NCBI GenBank assembly: GCA_945861635.1
Contig: CAMAWH010000027.1
Coordinates: forward strand, 1 to 64,000
Reading direction: 5' to 3'
Source of the DNA: Klebsiella pneumoniae
GTDB taxonomy: Bacteria > Myxococcota_A > UBA796 > SXON01
DNA length: 64,000 bases
Position 1 is the stretch's first letter; each line of letters opens with the position of its first letter. This document shows, one piece after another, positions 1-9,985 of this stretch. The notes under the pieces were generated by a model. That model had not been told where the DNA came from, did not search any database, and worked only from the letters and a program-made list of their open reading frames with translations. A program made the translations under genes and the position numbers.

Positions 1-5
1 TCGGC

Positions 6-3000
6 GTGGGACCGAACCGCTCCGCCGCGGCAACAGCCTCGCTTGGCCTCCAATTTGCCGCCTGGGGCCGGGAAGGATCTCCCGTGGTGGTCGAAGATAC
101 CGCGCCTTCTCTCTCCTCTACCGGAGATCGTGCGGAGTATGACCACGGCGACGCCACGGCCTGGTGGATCACCGAGGAAACCCGTATCGAGCAAGGCTGG
201 ACGGTATACGCGCCGCCAGAGGGCACGGGCGCCATCGTGTTCGACACCGTTGTGGACGGCGCGCGCGCGATGGAAGCGCATGCCGACGGCGCTCGCTTCT
301 TCGATGCCGCGGGAACCCGATGGAACGTGACGGGCGTCCGCGCGGAGGACGCCGATGGTAACGCGCTCCTCGCATCGTTGGTCGTCCTCGAGGATCGCCT
401 GCGCGTTCGCGTGGACGATGCGAACGGCGCGTTCCCCATCGTCGTCGATCCCATCTACTCAACCGCGACGACAACCCTGAGCGGCGTCAACGCCTCCGAC
501 CAATTCGGATACACCGCATCCGCGGCTGGGGATGTCAACGCCGACGGGTACGCCGACGTCGTCGTCGGCGCGCCCTACTACGACTCCGGCACTGCGTCGA
601 ATATCGGTGCCGTCTACGTATTTCACGGCTCCGCATCTGGAATATCCAGCACGGCGTCGCGCACGTTGACGGGCAGTGTCGCCGGGGACAACTTTGGATG
701 GTCCGTCTCCGCAGCAGGAGATGTGAACGCGGATGGATACGACGACATCCTCGTGGGTGCGCCGTACTACGACTCCGGCAGCACCTCCAACGTAGGCGCC
801 GTCTACGTTTATCACGGTTCATCCAGCGGAACGGCGTCCGCCGCCTCACGCACCCTGGTCGGCGGCGCCGCCTCTGACTTCTTCGGCTACAGCCTTGCGT
901 CCGCGGGGGACCTCAACGCGGACACGTACGACGACATCGTCGTAGGCGCGTACGGAAAAGACTCAGGGGCAAGCTCATCGGTTGGCGCGGCGTACACCTA
1001 CCACGGATCCACGCTCGGCATCAGCGCCACCGTGTCGAAAACGGTGCTCGGCACCGGGGCCGGTGACCAACTGGGAATCGCGGTAGCGAGTGCGGGCGAT
1101 ACCAACGGTGACACCTACGATGACGTGATCGTCGGGGCGAACGGGTACAATGCAGGTACATCCAGTGATGCCGGCGCGGTGTACATCTACCGCGGGTCGT
1201 CGTCCGGAATGTCTACGACCGCGTCGCGCCAGCTCATCGGCCTGACGGCGGGGGATGCGTTCGGAGGCGCGGTTGCCTGCGCAGGTGACGTCAATGGAGA
1301 CGGATATGCCGACGTCGTGATCGGCGCCCAGGGCTACGACACGGGAGCGCTCGTGAGCGTGGGCGCGGCCTACGTGTTCCATGGAAGTTCGCTCGGAACC
1401 TCGGGAACCACGTCCTTCACCGTGACGGGAACCGCCACGGGAGAATACGTCGGCGGACACGTGGCGAGCGCGGGCGACGTAGACGCCGACGGGTACGACG
1501 ACATCATCGTCGGAGCCACTGGGTACGACGTCGGCACCTCGGCTGACCTCGGTGCAGCCTCGATTTACCTCGGGACGTCCACCGGGCTGAGCAGCACAGT
1601 GGATACGACGCTGGTCGGTGCCGCGGCCGGCGACTATCTCGGTTCCGACGTGTCGTCCGCGGGAGACGTCGATGACGACGGCTACGACGACGTAATCGTC
1701 GGCGCGTACGGGGTGGACGTGGGCACAGCCACCACGGTGGGAGCGGCGTACATCCACCACGGCAACAATGACGTCGACGGGGATGGATACTCGGCCGGCG
1801 TCGATTGCGACGACACCGATCCGACCGTCGGCGCCGCCTCCGCTTGGTATCTCGACACGGACGGCGACACCTACGGCACGCCGGATACGACGGTCACGTC
1901 CTGCACCGCACCTGCCGGCTACGTCGCGGACGGTGGCGATTGCGACGACGTGCGGAGCGACGTAAGCCCCGGCGCCACCGAGGTCTGCGATGCCGCGGAC
2001 CTCGATGAGGACTGCGATGATGCGGCGGATGACGCCGATTCTTCGGTATCGTCCAGCGGAACCACGACCTACCATCCCGACGCGGACGCCGACGCCTACG
2101 GCGATGCCTCCAGTTCGCTCGACGCATGCGATGCGCCGTCCGGATACACGACCGACGCGTCCGACTGTGACGACGCGGACGAGGCAATCCACCCCGCGGC
2201 TACCGAGATCTGCGACGCAGCGAACACGGATGAGGATTGCGACGGTGATGCCGATGACGCCGACGCCGGCGTCGATCCCTCCGGCTTCGAGACGGCCTGG
2301 CGCGATGCCGACGAGGATGGCTTTGGTGATGACGCCGGCACGACGACCGCCTGCGACCTTGGCGCCGGCTACGTCGCGGAAGGCTCCGATTGTGATGACG
2401 CCGACGCCGCCATTCACCCCGGCGGCACGGAGGTGTGTGATGCCGCCGATGCGGATGAGGACTGCAACGGCGCGGCAGACGACGACGTCGCTACCGGCCA
2501 AGGCACGTTCTACATCGACTACGACGGCGATGGATTCGGCTCGGCCCGGTACACAGCCACGGCGTGCGACGCACCGTCCGGGTACGCCTCAGGGATGTCC
2601 GATTGCGACGATTTCCGCGACGACGTCTACCCGGGCGCCGTAGAACGCTGTGATGCGGCCGATGCCGACGAAGACTGCAACGGTGACGCGGACGATGCGG
2701 ACGCGGACGTGGATGCTTCGGGGCAGACGCCGTGGTTCGCGGACGCCGACTCTGACGGATTCGGAGACGACGCCGAAGGTATCCTGGCTTGCGATGCTCC
2801 TTTCGGGTATGTCGCGGACGGCACCGATTGCGACGATGTGGTGGGAGAAGTCAATCCCGACGCCGACGAAGTCTGCGATGTAGAGGACGTGGACGAGGAT
2901 TGTGATGGCGCCGCCGATGACGCGGATGAAAGCGTTGCCGGAGCGGGATTCCTTCTCGCCTTCGCAGACCGTGATGGCGACTCGTTCGGCGACGCGGCGA

Positions 3001-3404
3001 ATGGAATCGCCGTATGCGATGTGCCGGTGGGCTACAGCGACGACGCGGCCGACTGCAACGATCGCGACGCCGACGTCAGTCCACTCGCGACGGAAACGTG
3101 TGACGACGTCGACGAGGACTGCGATGGCGTCGTGGACGACGGGTTGGAATGCGCCCCTGACACGGGCGGTGGCGACACGGACACGGACACTCCCGACGAG
3201 ACGGGCACTCCCGACGATAGCGGCGAGCCGGAGGACACCGAAACCAGCGATACGGGAACACCCGATGAAGACGCCGACGCCGATGACGACGGCGGAGCCA
3301 AGGCCGCGCCGGAAGGTTGTGGCTGCGCGACGGACGCATCGACACCGACAACCGCGGCGCTGCTGCTCGGTCTTCTGGTGACGGCGCGCCGGCGGCGCCC
3401 GTAA
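6..3404 (+). CDS. Large surface protein with FG-GAP (integrin-alpha-like) repeats, then MopE-type Cys-rich putative metal-binding repeats, an acidic TD/PE linker and a MYXO-CTERM tail. The 5' end probably lies upstream of the window.
   Basis: At least 7 repeats of DVNADGYxDxxVGAPxxD..GAVYV (FG-GAP). About 9 units of CDDxDxxxxPGAxExCDxxDxDCDG (MopE-like). C-terminus GCGCATDAS..hydrophobic stretch..RRRRP. No signal peptide at the window start and the frame is open from base 6. Confidence 0.8.
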   Translation: MGPNRSAAATASLGLQFAAWGREGSPVVVEDTAPSLSSTGDRAEYDHGDATAWWITEETRIEQGWTVYAPPEGTGAIVFDTVVDGARAMEAHADGARFFDAAGTRWNVTGVRAEDADGNALLASLVVLEDRLRVRVDDANGAFPIVVDPIYSTATTTLSGVNASDQFGYTASAAGDVNADGYADVVVGAPYYDSGTASNIGAVYVFHGSASGISSTASRTLTGSVAGDNFGWSVSAAGDVNADGYDDILVGAPYYDSGSTSNVGAVYVYHGSSSGTASAASRTLVGGAASDFFGYSLASAGDLNADTYDDIVVGAYGKDSGASSSVGAAYTYHGSTLGISATVSKTVLGTGAGDQLGIAVASAGDTNGDTYDDVIVGANGYNAGTSSDAGAVYIYRGSSSGMSTTASRQLIGLTAGDAFGGAVACAGDVNGDGYADVVIGAQGYDTGALVSVGAAYVFHGSSLGTSGTTSFTVTGTATGEYVGGHVASAGDVDADGYDDIIVGATGYDVGTSADLGAASIYLGTSTGLSSTVDTTLVGAAAGDYLGSDVSSAGDVDDDGYDDVIVGAYGVDVGTATTVGAAYIHHGNNDVDGDGYSAGVDCDDTDPTVGAASAWYLDTDGDTYGTPDTTVTSCTAPAGYVADGGDCDDVRSDVSPGATEVCDAADLDEDCDDAADDADSSVSSSGTTTYHPDADADAYGDASSSLDACDAPSGYTTDASDCDDADEAIHPAATEICDAANTDEDCDGDADDADAGVDPSGFETAWRDADEDGFGDDAGTTTACDLGAGYVAEGSDCDDADAAIHPGGTEVCDAADADEDCNGAADDDVATGQGTFYIDYDGDGFGSARYTATACDAPSGYASGMSDCDDFRDDVYPGAVERCDAADADEDCNGDADDADADVDASGQTPWFADADSDGFGDDAEGILACDAPFGYVADGTDCDDVVGEVNPDADEVCDVEDVDEDCDGAADDADESVAGAGFLLAFADRDGDSFGDAANGIAVCDVPVGYSDDAADCNDRDADVSPLATETCDDVDEDCDGVVDDGLECAPDTGGGDTDTDTPDETGTPDDSGEPEDTETSDTGTPDEDADADDDGGAKAAPEGCGCATDASTPTTAALLLGLLVTARRRRP

Positions 3405-3455
3405 CGACACCGGCGCCCGTAACGACACCAGCGCCCCCGCAGAATAGCCCCCCGC

Positions 3456-4217
3456 ATGAAGATCACCTCCCTCAACCTCAACGGCCTGCGCAGCGCCGAC
3501 CGGCGGGGCTTCCGTGACTGGCTCGCACGGGCGCGTCCCGACGTCCTCTGCCTGCAGGAGATCCGTGTGGACGAAGCCTCGGCGCCGGCGGAGCTATGGA
3601 GTCCAGAAGGATATTCCGCCCGATGGTCGCCGGCAGTTGCGAAAGGCTACGCGGGCACCGCGGTATGGTCGAAGGCCAAGCGCGCGCGATTCAGCTCCGG
3701 CACCGGACATGAACGCGGCGACGGAGAGGGGCGAGTCACCGGCGTCCATCTTGCGGCGTTGGACGTATATAGCGTGTACATGCCCTCGGGATCCTCCGGA
3801 CCCGACCGACAAGCTTGGAAATACGAGTACATGGAACACATCTTCCCGTGGATGGAGGCCATCCTTCGGTCGGGGCGGCCCGCCATCATCACGGGCGATA
3901 TCAACATCGCGCACACGAAGTTGGACATCAAAAACGCAAGCTCCAATGCAAGGAACTCCGGATTTCTTCCGGAGGAGCGCGCATGGCTGGATCGACTGAT
4001 TTCGCTCGGATGGCGCGACCTTTTCCGTGAAGCCAACCCCACGTCCACCGCCTATTCATGGTGGTCCAATCGCGGAAATGCGTATGCCAACGATGTCGGG
4101 TGGCGGATCGATCACCTCTGGGCGACTCCGGGCGTTGCTGCTCGAAAGGTGGAGATCGAGCGCGGCGCATCGCTGTCGGACCACGCACCGGTCACGGCAT
4201 GGGTGGACGTGGAATAG
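3456..4217 (+). CDS. xthA: Exodeoxyribonuclease III (AP endonuclease, EEP family).
   Basis: MKITSLNLNGLRSA start, LCLQEIRV, GDINIAHTKLDIKN, FLPEERAWLDRL, SDHAPV. These are collinear with E. coli Xth motifs. Confidence 0.85.
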   Translation: MKITSLNLNGLRSADRRGFRDWLARARPDVLCLQEIRVDEASAPAELWSPEGYSARWSPAVAKGYAGTAVWSKAKRARFSSGTGHERGDGEGRVTGVHLAALDVYSVYMPSGSSGPDRQAWKYEYMEHIFPWMEAILRSGRPAIITGDINIAHTKLDIKNASSNARNSGFLPEERAWLDRLISLGWRDLFREANPTSTAYSWWSNRGNAYANDVGWRIDHLWATPGVAARKVEIERGASLSDHAPVTAWVDVE

Positions 4218-4282
4218 TGCGGCCCGGGGGGCGACAGTTTTACCGCAATCGCATAGGATCGCGGCCCCACACCGGAGACCCC

Positions 4283-5017
4283 ATGTTTTTTGCCATTTTC
4301 GCGCTCTCGCTCACTCCCCCCGCTGAAGCCAAAGACCTCGGCATTGCGGCGCTCACTGCGAACACTCCCATCCCTGAGAAGGGCGTCGTCAGCACTCTCT
4401 CAAGCGTAGAGATCAACGCATCCCCAGCATTCGTGCATCCGTACGTCGCCACGCTGAAGCGCTGGCCGGAATGGACCGTGTGGTCTGCGGAGGCCGACCC
4501 CACGGCGACGTGGGAATACTCGGGCACGGACGGAGCCGTGGGCTCCGACACGAAGTGGACCGGCAAGACGTTCGGTGAGGGCCGCACCGCAATCACCACC
4601 GTCGGCGCCGATAACGGCGGTATCACCTACGACATCTGGTTCGCCGCGAAGAAGCACCCGAGTAAGGCCCGCATCACGATCACCCCGACCGCAACGGGCT
4701 CACACGTCGAGTGGCAGAACCTGATCAGCTGGGGCTTTCCCGCCAGCCTGTTCTACCCGGCGAAGAAAATGGATGCCATGATGCAGGCGGATTTCAGCAC
4801 GGGCCTTGCCAAGCTCAAGTTGATGGCCGAGACGGACGGCACGAAGGCTGCCGCCGAAGAAGCCGCTCGTAAGGCGGCAGAGGAGGCCGCGCAGGCCGCA
4901 GCAGCAGCAGAAGCCGCAAAGGTTGCTGCAGCAGCCGCCGATGCCGCCAAGGCGGCGGAAGAAGCCGCAAAGGCGGCGGAAGAAGCCGGGAAGAAGAAGA
5001 AGAAGGGCAAGAAGTAG
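4283..5017 (+). CDS. Secreted protein or lipoprotein with an SRPBCC/START-like fold and an Ala/Lys/Glu-rich low-complexity C-terminal tail.
   Basis: Signal-like N-terminus MFFAIFALSLTPPAEA. The middle region resembles polyketide-cyclase/AHSA1-type SRPBCC proteins. Tail is (AAEEAAKA)n KKKKGKK. The start was chosen at the first ATG after the upstream stop-rich region. Confidence 0.45.
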   Translation: MFFAIFALSLTPPAEAKDLGIAALTANTPIPEKGVVSTLSSVEINASPAFVHPYVATLKRWPEWTVWSAEADPTATWEYSGTDGAVGSDTKWTGKTFGEGRTAITTVGADNGGITYDIWFAAKKHPSKARITITPTATGSHVEWQNLISWGFPASLFYPAKKMDAMMQADFSTGLAKLKLMAETDGTKAAAEEAARKAAEEAAQAAAAAEAAKVAAAAADAAKAAEEAAKAAEEAGKKKKKGKK

Positions 5018-5077
5018 CGGAGCGGCCGACGGCGCGCGCGGCGGCGGCTTAGACGGCGCCGCCGCCCGGAGTTTCGC

Positions 5078-5575
5078 ATGCAACTCGCCACCCTCGCCAA
5101 CGTCGCCTCGGCGGTGGCTGTGCTGGTCGCCGTCGTCCTCGGTACGCTGCAGATACGGCAGATGCGCATGACGCGCGCGCTTTTCACATCGGCGGAATTG
5201 GTCCATGCGATGCAAACCGCCGACTTTGCCAGCAGTGTGCGTTTGGTCATGACGCTTCCCGACTACGCACCGCCATCGCGCGTGGCCGACGACCCCGAAA
5301 TGGCGGCGGCTGTGCTCTCCCTGAGCCACGTATTTGAGAGCCTGGGCGTGCTGGTCTACCACCGCATCATCCACATCCATCTCGTGGACGATCTGATGGG
5401 CGGCTACGTGCGCCAGAGTTGGCGAAAACTCAAGCCTTACGTGGAGTCCCGCCGTTCCGAGGTGGGCGTCTACTACGGCGAATGGATGCAGTGGTTGGCG
5501 GAACGTCTGGACCAGTTTCCCAGTCCCGGGAAGGAGGGTGGTGCGCACCTCACGCACAAAAAGTGGAAGCCGTGA
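5078..5575 (+). CDS. Hypothetical small membrane protein.
   Basis: N-terminal hydrophobic helix ASAVAVLVAVVLG. Its stop overlaps the GTG start of the next gene (GTGA), suggesting translational coupling. Confidence 0.35.
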   Translation: MQLATLANVASAVAVLVAVVLGTLQIRQMRMTRALFTSAELVHAMQTADFASSVRLVMTLPDYAPPSRVADDPEMAAAVLSLSHVFESLGVLVYHRIIHIHLVDDLMGGYVRQSWRKLKPYVESRRSEVGVYYGEWMQWLAERLDQFPSPGKEGGAHLTHKKWKP

Positions 5576-7950
5576 AGGTCGCCATCGTCGGGTCGGGAGT
5601 CGCCGGGCTCGCTGCCGCGTACCACTGGCTTGAATTGTGGGCGGCACACCCAGGAAGTGAACCCCTTCAACTCACACTGTACGCGGCGCTCGTTCCGACG
5701 ACCGGGAGTGATGGGTCGGGGCTTGGCGGAAAGGCCATGTCACGCCATTTCGAGGGGTACGTGGACCACGCGCACAACGACATGCCCCGACCGCCGTTTT
5801 ACGGCCCGATGATGCCGTGGCGAGGCACGCTTCCGCACGGCTACCACGTCCTGTGGGAGTACCCAAATCTCCGCCGGATGCTCGGCGACAGTGGGGATGG
5901 GATGGGACTCCTGCGGCCGGTGGGCGGGGCCCGCGTCATCGCAAGTTTCCAGGCACGCCTCGACGAACGCACGCCGGGCGGGCCGGGCGTCGGCCTGATG
6001 GGCTTGTGCGACCCGGAGACCGGGCTTGCGTTCCGGGAAGAAACCAAAGTACTTTTTCGACTGAGAGACACACCCGTGGGCAGCGCTTTTGTGTCGGCGA
6101 TGGATCTGCTGTTCCCCGGAAATGATATCGATCCGCTCTCGTTTTCGGACCTGTTTTTTGCCCACGAAGTCGATCTGGAATTGCGCGTTTCCCTGTTGGT
6201 CGCAAGCATTCGCGCGCGGACAATGAATCCAGAGACGGAACGCATCGGCGGCAAGCCGCTTTACGATGTCGAATACGATGTGTGGGCCGAGTCGATGGTG
6301 ACCGAGTGGGCCGGCGTGGCCAATGCCGTGCTGGACCCCCTTCACGCGCTCATCGTGGACCTGACCGCGCTCGGCGCCATCGTGGAAGAGGCCCTGGAGG
6401 GCGAGGGTCCGCCGGCACCACTTCCTGATTTCGACGTGGCGAATCCAACGGAGCGGGACATCGCCCAACGGTGGTTGGCGTCGCAGATGGAGCGTGTGCT
6501 GCGCGACATGCCAGGCGCTCTGACCCGACTGGCAGCGGGTGACTACCCAATTTGGCGAACGCTTCACTTTCGCTTCGCGCCCGACGCGACCTTCACCTCG
6601 CCGTATAGCTTCGACGCCGCCCAAGCCGCCCGCTCGCTGGCGTTCTGTTTCTCTCGACCCGCCGCGTCGCGCATGTGGACGCCTGACGGCGGACAGATTC
6701 AGCGTTTGTGGCTACGTTTCTGGGAGCGGATCCGGGCAGCCGCGGCCAACGATCCGCGCGTGACGCTAGATGTCATCGAAGGACGCGTGCACCGACTCAC
6801 ATCCGCCGAAGCGGGTCTGATCATCGAGGCCGGACCGTACTCTGGCCACTCGGGTGACCTGGGCATGCCGTGGGCACCGACCATTCACGCGGCGATGCAC
6901 GCTCCCGCCGGGCTGTGGCCGGCCCGGGCGTTCGATCGCGTCGTCACCACCTGTGCCCCCGGTGCGTTGGAGTGCATTTTGGAAGGCGATTCGTTTGCGG
7001 CGGCGCGCGGCACGCTGGGCCCGCTGACCCGACTCGGAAACGAAACCCTTGAGTTGATGCTGTGGTTGGACGAGCCCATCGCGTGGAGCGAAGCGGCAAG
7101 GATCGGGATGCAGGAGGCGTCAATCACGGGCTTGGAAGGGGCATTCTGCCTCTTGGCAGATTACCGCTGCGGCCTGTGGTCGCAGGCACGATTGGACGAG
7201 GAACATCCCTTCGGGCCCGACGTGCCGTTCGTCGGATCGATACTGGAGTCCTGTGGGGGATTTGAGGAACTGTACGCATGTGAGTCTAGAGAGGACGCCT
7301 ACGGGTGGCCGCGATTCGTGAAGGAACGAATCCGGGATTTGCTCTCCAAGCCCGAGTTTTTTGATGAAGTCGATCCCCGCCCCTGGCCGCACGACGAAAA
7401 CGGCTGGCGCGCCGAACGAGAGAGCGGATCGTGGAAACCCTCCCGCGCGATGGACCCGTCGAGCGGCGGCGATTGGTTTGAGGCATGTCGTTGGCTGGCG
7501 TGGGGGTACATGCGCCAACTTTCCATGATTCGATCGCTTGGGGATCGCGCGGTGCGCCAACTTGCCGCCTACGCCGCACTGCTCGATCCCCGAGGAAAGA
7601 CGCGAGAAGAGCTGCTGAAGCCTCCCCCTGCGCTCGGCGCCCGGATTCGCTATGTCGTGATGCGCAACGCCAAGGCGAGAAATCGTATTTTCTCGCCGGG
7701 TGCGGGCGTTTGGCCCAAGCGGCCGGTGAGCGGGGTACCCCTCGGCGACCCTCGCCTGTTCCCCGCCGGCGATTGGACGCGCAATGGACTCGACATCGTT
7801 TGCATGGAGGCGGCGACCCTCTCCGCGATGCGTGCGTCGCGAGAGGCGTATCGCTCGCTCACCGGGAAACAACCGGCTGCGCACTCCCCCATCGCCGTGC
7901 TGCCGCCAGCGAGTTGGTACGACGGGAACGATCCGATGGTCAGGGGGTGA
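5572..7950 (+). CDS. Unusually long (~790 aa) FAD/NAD(P)-binding oxidoreductase of the flavin amine-oxidase / phytoene-desaturase superfamily.
   Basis: N-terminal Rossmann dinucleotide motif KVAIVGSGVAGLAAAY. The C-terminal end (GDWTRNGLDIVCMEAATLSAMRASREA) resembles amine-oxidase C-termini. GTG start overlapping the upstream stop. Confidence 0.55.
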   Translation: MKVAIVGSGVAGLAAAYHWLELWAAHPGSEPLQLTLYAALVPTTGSDGSGLGGKAMSRHFEGYVDHAHNDMPRPPFYGPMMPWRGTLPHGYHVLWEYPNLRRMLGDSGDGMGLLRPVGGARVIASFQARLDERTPGGPGVGLMGLCDPETGLAFREETKVLFRLRDTPVGSAFVSAMDLLFPGNDIDPLSFSDLFFAHEVDLELRVSLLVASIRARTMNPETERIGGKPLYDVEYDVWAESMVTEWAGVANAVLDPLHALIVDLTALGAIVEEALEGEGPPAPLPDFDVANPTERDIAQRWLASQMERVLRDMPGALTRLAAGDYPIWRTLHFRFAPDATFTSPYSFDAAQAARSLAFCFSRPAASRMWTPDGGQIQRLWLRFWERIRAAAANDPRVTLDVIEGRVHRLTSAEAGLIIEAGPYSGHSGDLGMPWAPTIHAAMHAPAGLWPARAFDRVVTTCAPGALECILEGDSFAAARGTLGPLTRLGNETLELMLWLDEPIAWSEAARIGMQEASITGLEGAFCLLADYRCGLWSQARLDEEHPFGPDVPFVGSILESCGGFEELYACESREDAYGWPRFVKERIRDLLSKPEFFDEVDPRPWPHDENGWRAERESGSWKPSRAMDPSSGGDWFEACRWLAWGYMRQLSMIRSLGDRAVRQLAAYAALLDPRGKTREELLKPPPALGARIRYVVMRNAKARNRIFSPGAGVWPKRPVSGVPLGDPRLFPAGDWTRNGLDIVCMEAATLSAMRASREAYRSLTGKQPAAHSPIAVLPPASWYDGNDPMVRG

Positions 7951-8016
7951 ATGGGGATGGCGTGACCCGGCACCCGCCCGGAACATCTCCCACCCCTTGC
8001 GTGCTACGGTCGCCGC

Positions 8017-9945
8017 ATGCCACGCTCGCCACTCGACGCCACACTCCGCTCCCTTTCCACGGCTCGCAGGCGGGAGCGCTTGACGAAGATCTCAGCGTTG
8101 GAGGCGCTGGAACACGACGCTGCGGCCCGCCGCGTGCGCCGCGACGAGGGCCCGACCCGCCGCACGGTGCTTTCCGTACTCGGCGTGCTTCCCGTGGTCG
8201 GCTGCGCGCCGACGGCACGGCCATCGACCTCCGGCGACGCCCACGACGCGCGCGTCGTCATCCTCGGCGGCGGACTCGCCGGCCTCCATTGCTGCCACCG
8301 TCTGGCCGATCTCGGTGTTGCTGCGGTGGTCTACGAGGCAACCGACCGACCAGGCGGTCGCATGCTGAGCGCCACCGCGCTGTTCGTCGGTGGGGAAACC
8401 CTCACCTCCGAGTTGGGGGGCGAATTCATCAATTCCAACGACACGGAGTTGTTGACCGTGATGGGGGAGCTTGGCCTCGACAGCCTCGATTTGTACGACG
8501 ACATCGAACTCGACGAAGTGGCTTGGGTAGACGGGAGGCGAATTTCTTCGAGCGAATTGTACGCGGCATTTTCGCCCGTGGTGGACGCGGTTGACGCAGC
8601 CCTCGCCACCATCGACGGCGACGTGATCTCGTACGCAAACGCCGGCGGGGCCGCCGACATCGACAACACCTCTGCAGCGGCTTGGCTTGCCAACGTCACG
8701 GATGACCCTGTCGCGATCGCGATGATGTCCATGGCCACCCTCACAGACTACGGCCGGGAGATGGAAGAGCAGTCCGCACTCAACCTCCTGTATTGGTTTG
8801 GAAGCGATGTGGAAGCCTACGACGAACGATACAAAATCACCGACGGCGTGCAGCAAATTCCAGAATTGCTGGCCGCACAGTACGAGGATCGTGTGCGGTA
8901 CGGCAAAGTGGTCACGTCGATCTCGGAGGATTCCGCCGGCGCCTTTACCGTGACCTTTGCAGACGGCACGCACGCCGAGGCCGACTTTCTCGTCTGCGCC
9001 CTACCGTTCACGATTCTCCGCGAACTCGACGTAGACGTAGAGATGGCGGATGTCAAACGCCGCTGCATCGACACGCTGGGCTATGGCACGAACGCCAAAC
9101 TCATCCTCCCCTTCCAAACCCGGTACTGGCGCGAACAAGGTGACTACGGCGCCGTACTCACCGACTCGGGCCTGCAAGCGGGGTGGGACCAAACGGCGCT
9201 GTTTCCCGGCACGTTCGGCGCCTTTGCCAACTTCACCGGGGGGGCGCATGGTGTGGCGCTGGGAGAGGGTAGCGTTGCCGAGCAGGCCGAAGCTGCGCTC
9301 GCCCAACTGGAGGCGTTCTGGCCGGGGATTCGGGATGCGGCGGGAAACGATCCGGTCCGCCATCACTGGCCGAGCATCCCGACGATGAAGGGCAGTTACA
9401 GTAGCTACCTCGTTGGGCAGTGGACCGGAATCGGTGGCGCGGAGCCCGAGGCGATACGCCGGATGTTCTTCTGTGGGGAGCACACGAGCTATGAATTTCA
9501 GGGATACATGAATGGCGCTGCCGAGTCTGGCGCACGGGCCGCCTCCGAGGTCATCGCGGCAATGGGGTCCGATGCCGGCAAACGATTTGGGGAACGCGCT
9601 GGCGTTGGCGGCGGCAGCACCGGCCCCCGCGCGTGCCGGCGGCGGCCGCTCCGTCGGAGGCAAGGATTCATCCGCGCGCGCGTCCTGGTGGCGATGGCGG
9701 TCGTTTTCGGTCTCCTCTGCGCCCTTGCGTTGACCTCGGGCAACTCGCGGGCGGGCACGCCGTCACCGACGGATCCCGAAATCGCCGCCACGTGGGATGG
9801 CGGTTCGCTGACGTTGGCGGAAGTCACAGCGAACGTGCAGGCCGAGTTGATGCGTCGCGAGGCCGAGTCCGAGGCCACGTACGCAACCAACGCATCGAGG
9901 GCCGCGCGAAAACGGGCGCTCATCGATCGGGAGTTTGGCCGGTAA
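8017..9945 (+). CDS. Flavin-containing amine oxidoreductase (monoamine / L-amino-acid oxidase family) with a Tat-like lipoprotein signal.
   Basis: TRRTVLSVLGVLPVVGCA signal. VVILGGGLAGLHCCHRL..VYEATDRPGGRM is the classic amine-oxidase FAD-binding motif. C-terminus GEHTSYEFQGYMNGAAESGARAA. The last ~120 aa are low-complexity and the true stop could be earlier. Confidence 0.65.
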   Translation: MPRSPLDATLRSLSTARRRERLTKISALEALEHDAAARRVRRDEGPTRRTVLSVLGVLPVVGCAPTARPSTSGDAHDARVVILGGGLAGLHCCHRLADLGVAAVVYEATDRPGGRMLSATALFVGGETLTSELGGEFINSNDTELLTVMGELGLDSLDLYDDIELDEVAWVDGRRISSSELYAAFSPVVDAVDAALATIDGDVISYANAGGAADIDNTSAAAWLANVTDDPVAIAMMSMATLTDYGREMEEQSALNLLYWFGSDVEAYDERYKITDGVQQIPELLAAQYEDRVRYGKVVTSISEDSAGAFTVTFADGTHAEADFLVCALPFTILRELDVDVEMADVKRRCIDTLGYGTNAKLILPFQTRYWREQGDYGAVLTDSGLQAGWDQTALFPGTFGAFANFTGGAHGVALGEGSVAEQAEAALAQLEAFWPGIRDAAGNDPVRHHWPSIPTMKGSYSSYLVGQWTGIGGAEPEAIRRMFFCGEHTSYEFQGYMNGAAESGARAASEVIAAMGSDAGKRFGERAGVGGGSTGPRACRRRPLRRRQGFIRARVLVAMAVVFGLLCALALTSGNSRAGTPSPTDPEIAATWDGGSLTLAEVTANVQAELMRREAESEATYATNASRAARKRALIDREFGR

Positions 9946-9985
9946 AAGCGCAGCGTGCGTGCGCGCCGCGTGTTTATCCTTTCCC

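Noticed and set aside
975-2501. Long antisense ORFs opposite well-supported genes (975..2501 -, 19268..20776 -, 36430..37473 -, 44914..46002 -, 49560..51758 +, 54129..55841 +, 56075..57199 +, 60170..62527 - and similar).
   Set aside because: They overlap genes with clear domain signatures, are Arg/Ala/Gly/Pro-rich low-complexity translations typical of the reverse frames of high-GC coding DNA, and lack any recognisable motif.
8017-9945. Calling the C-terminal 120 residues of the amine oxidase a separate fused domain.
   Set aside because: The tail is Arg/Ala-rich low complexity. The ORF is more likely to run on past the true stop because of the GC-rich absence of stop codons, or because of an undetected indel. 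I kept one CDS and flagged the uncertain end.
9633-9985. Upstream extension of the TPR/Ntn-like gene to the ATG at 9633, and likewise 5419 for the long oxidase, 4058 for the SRPBCC gene, 21466 for the flotillin and 34503 for the lipoprotein.
   Set aside because: These extensions overlap the preceding genes in another frame and encode Arg-rich junk. The internal starts adjoin signal peptides, TM helices, Rossmann motifs or RBS-like sequences.
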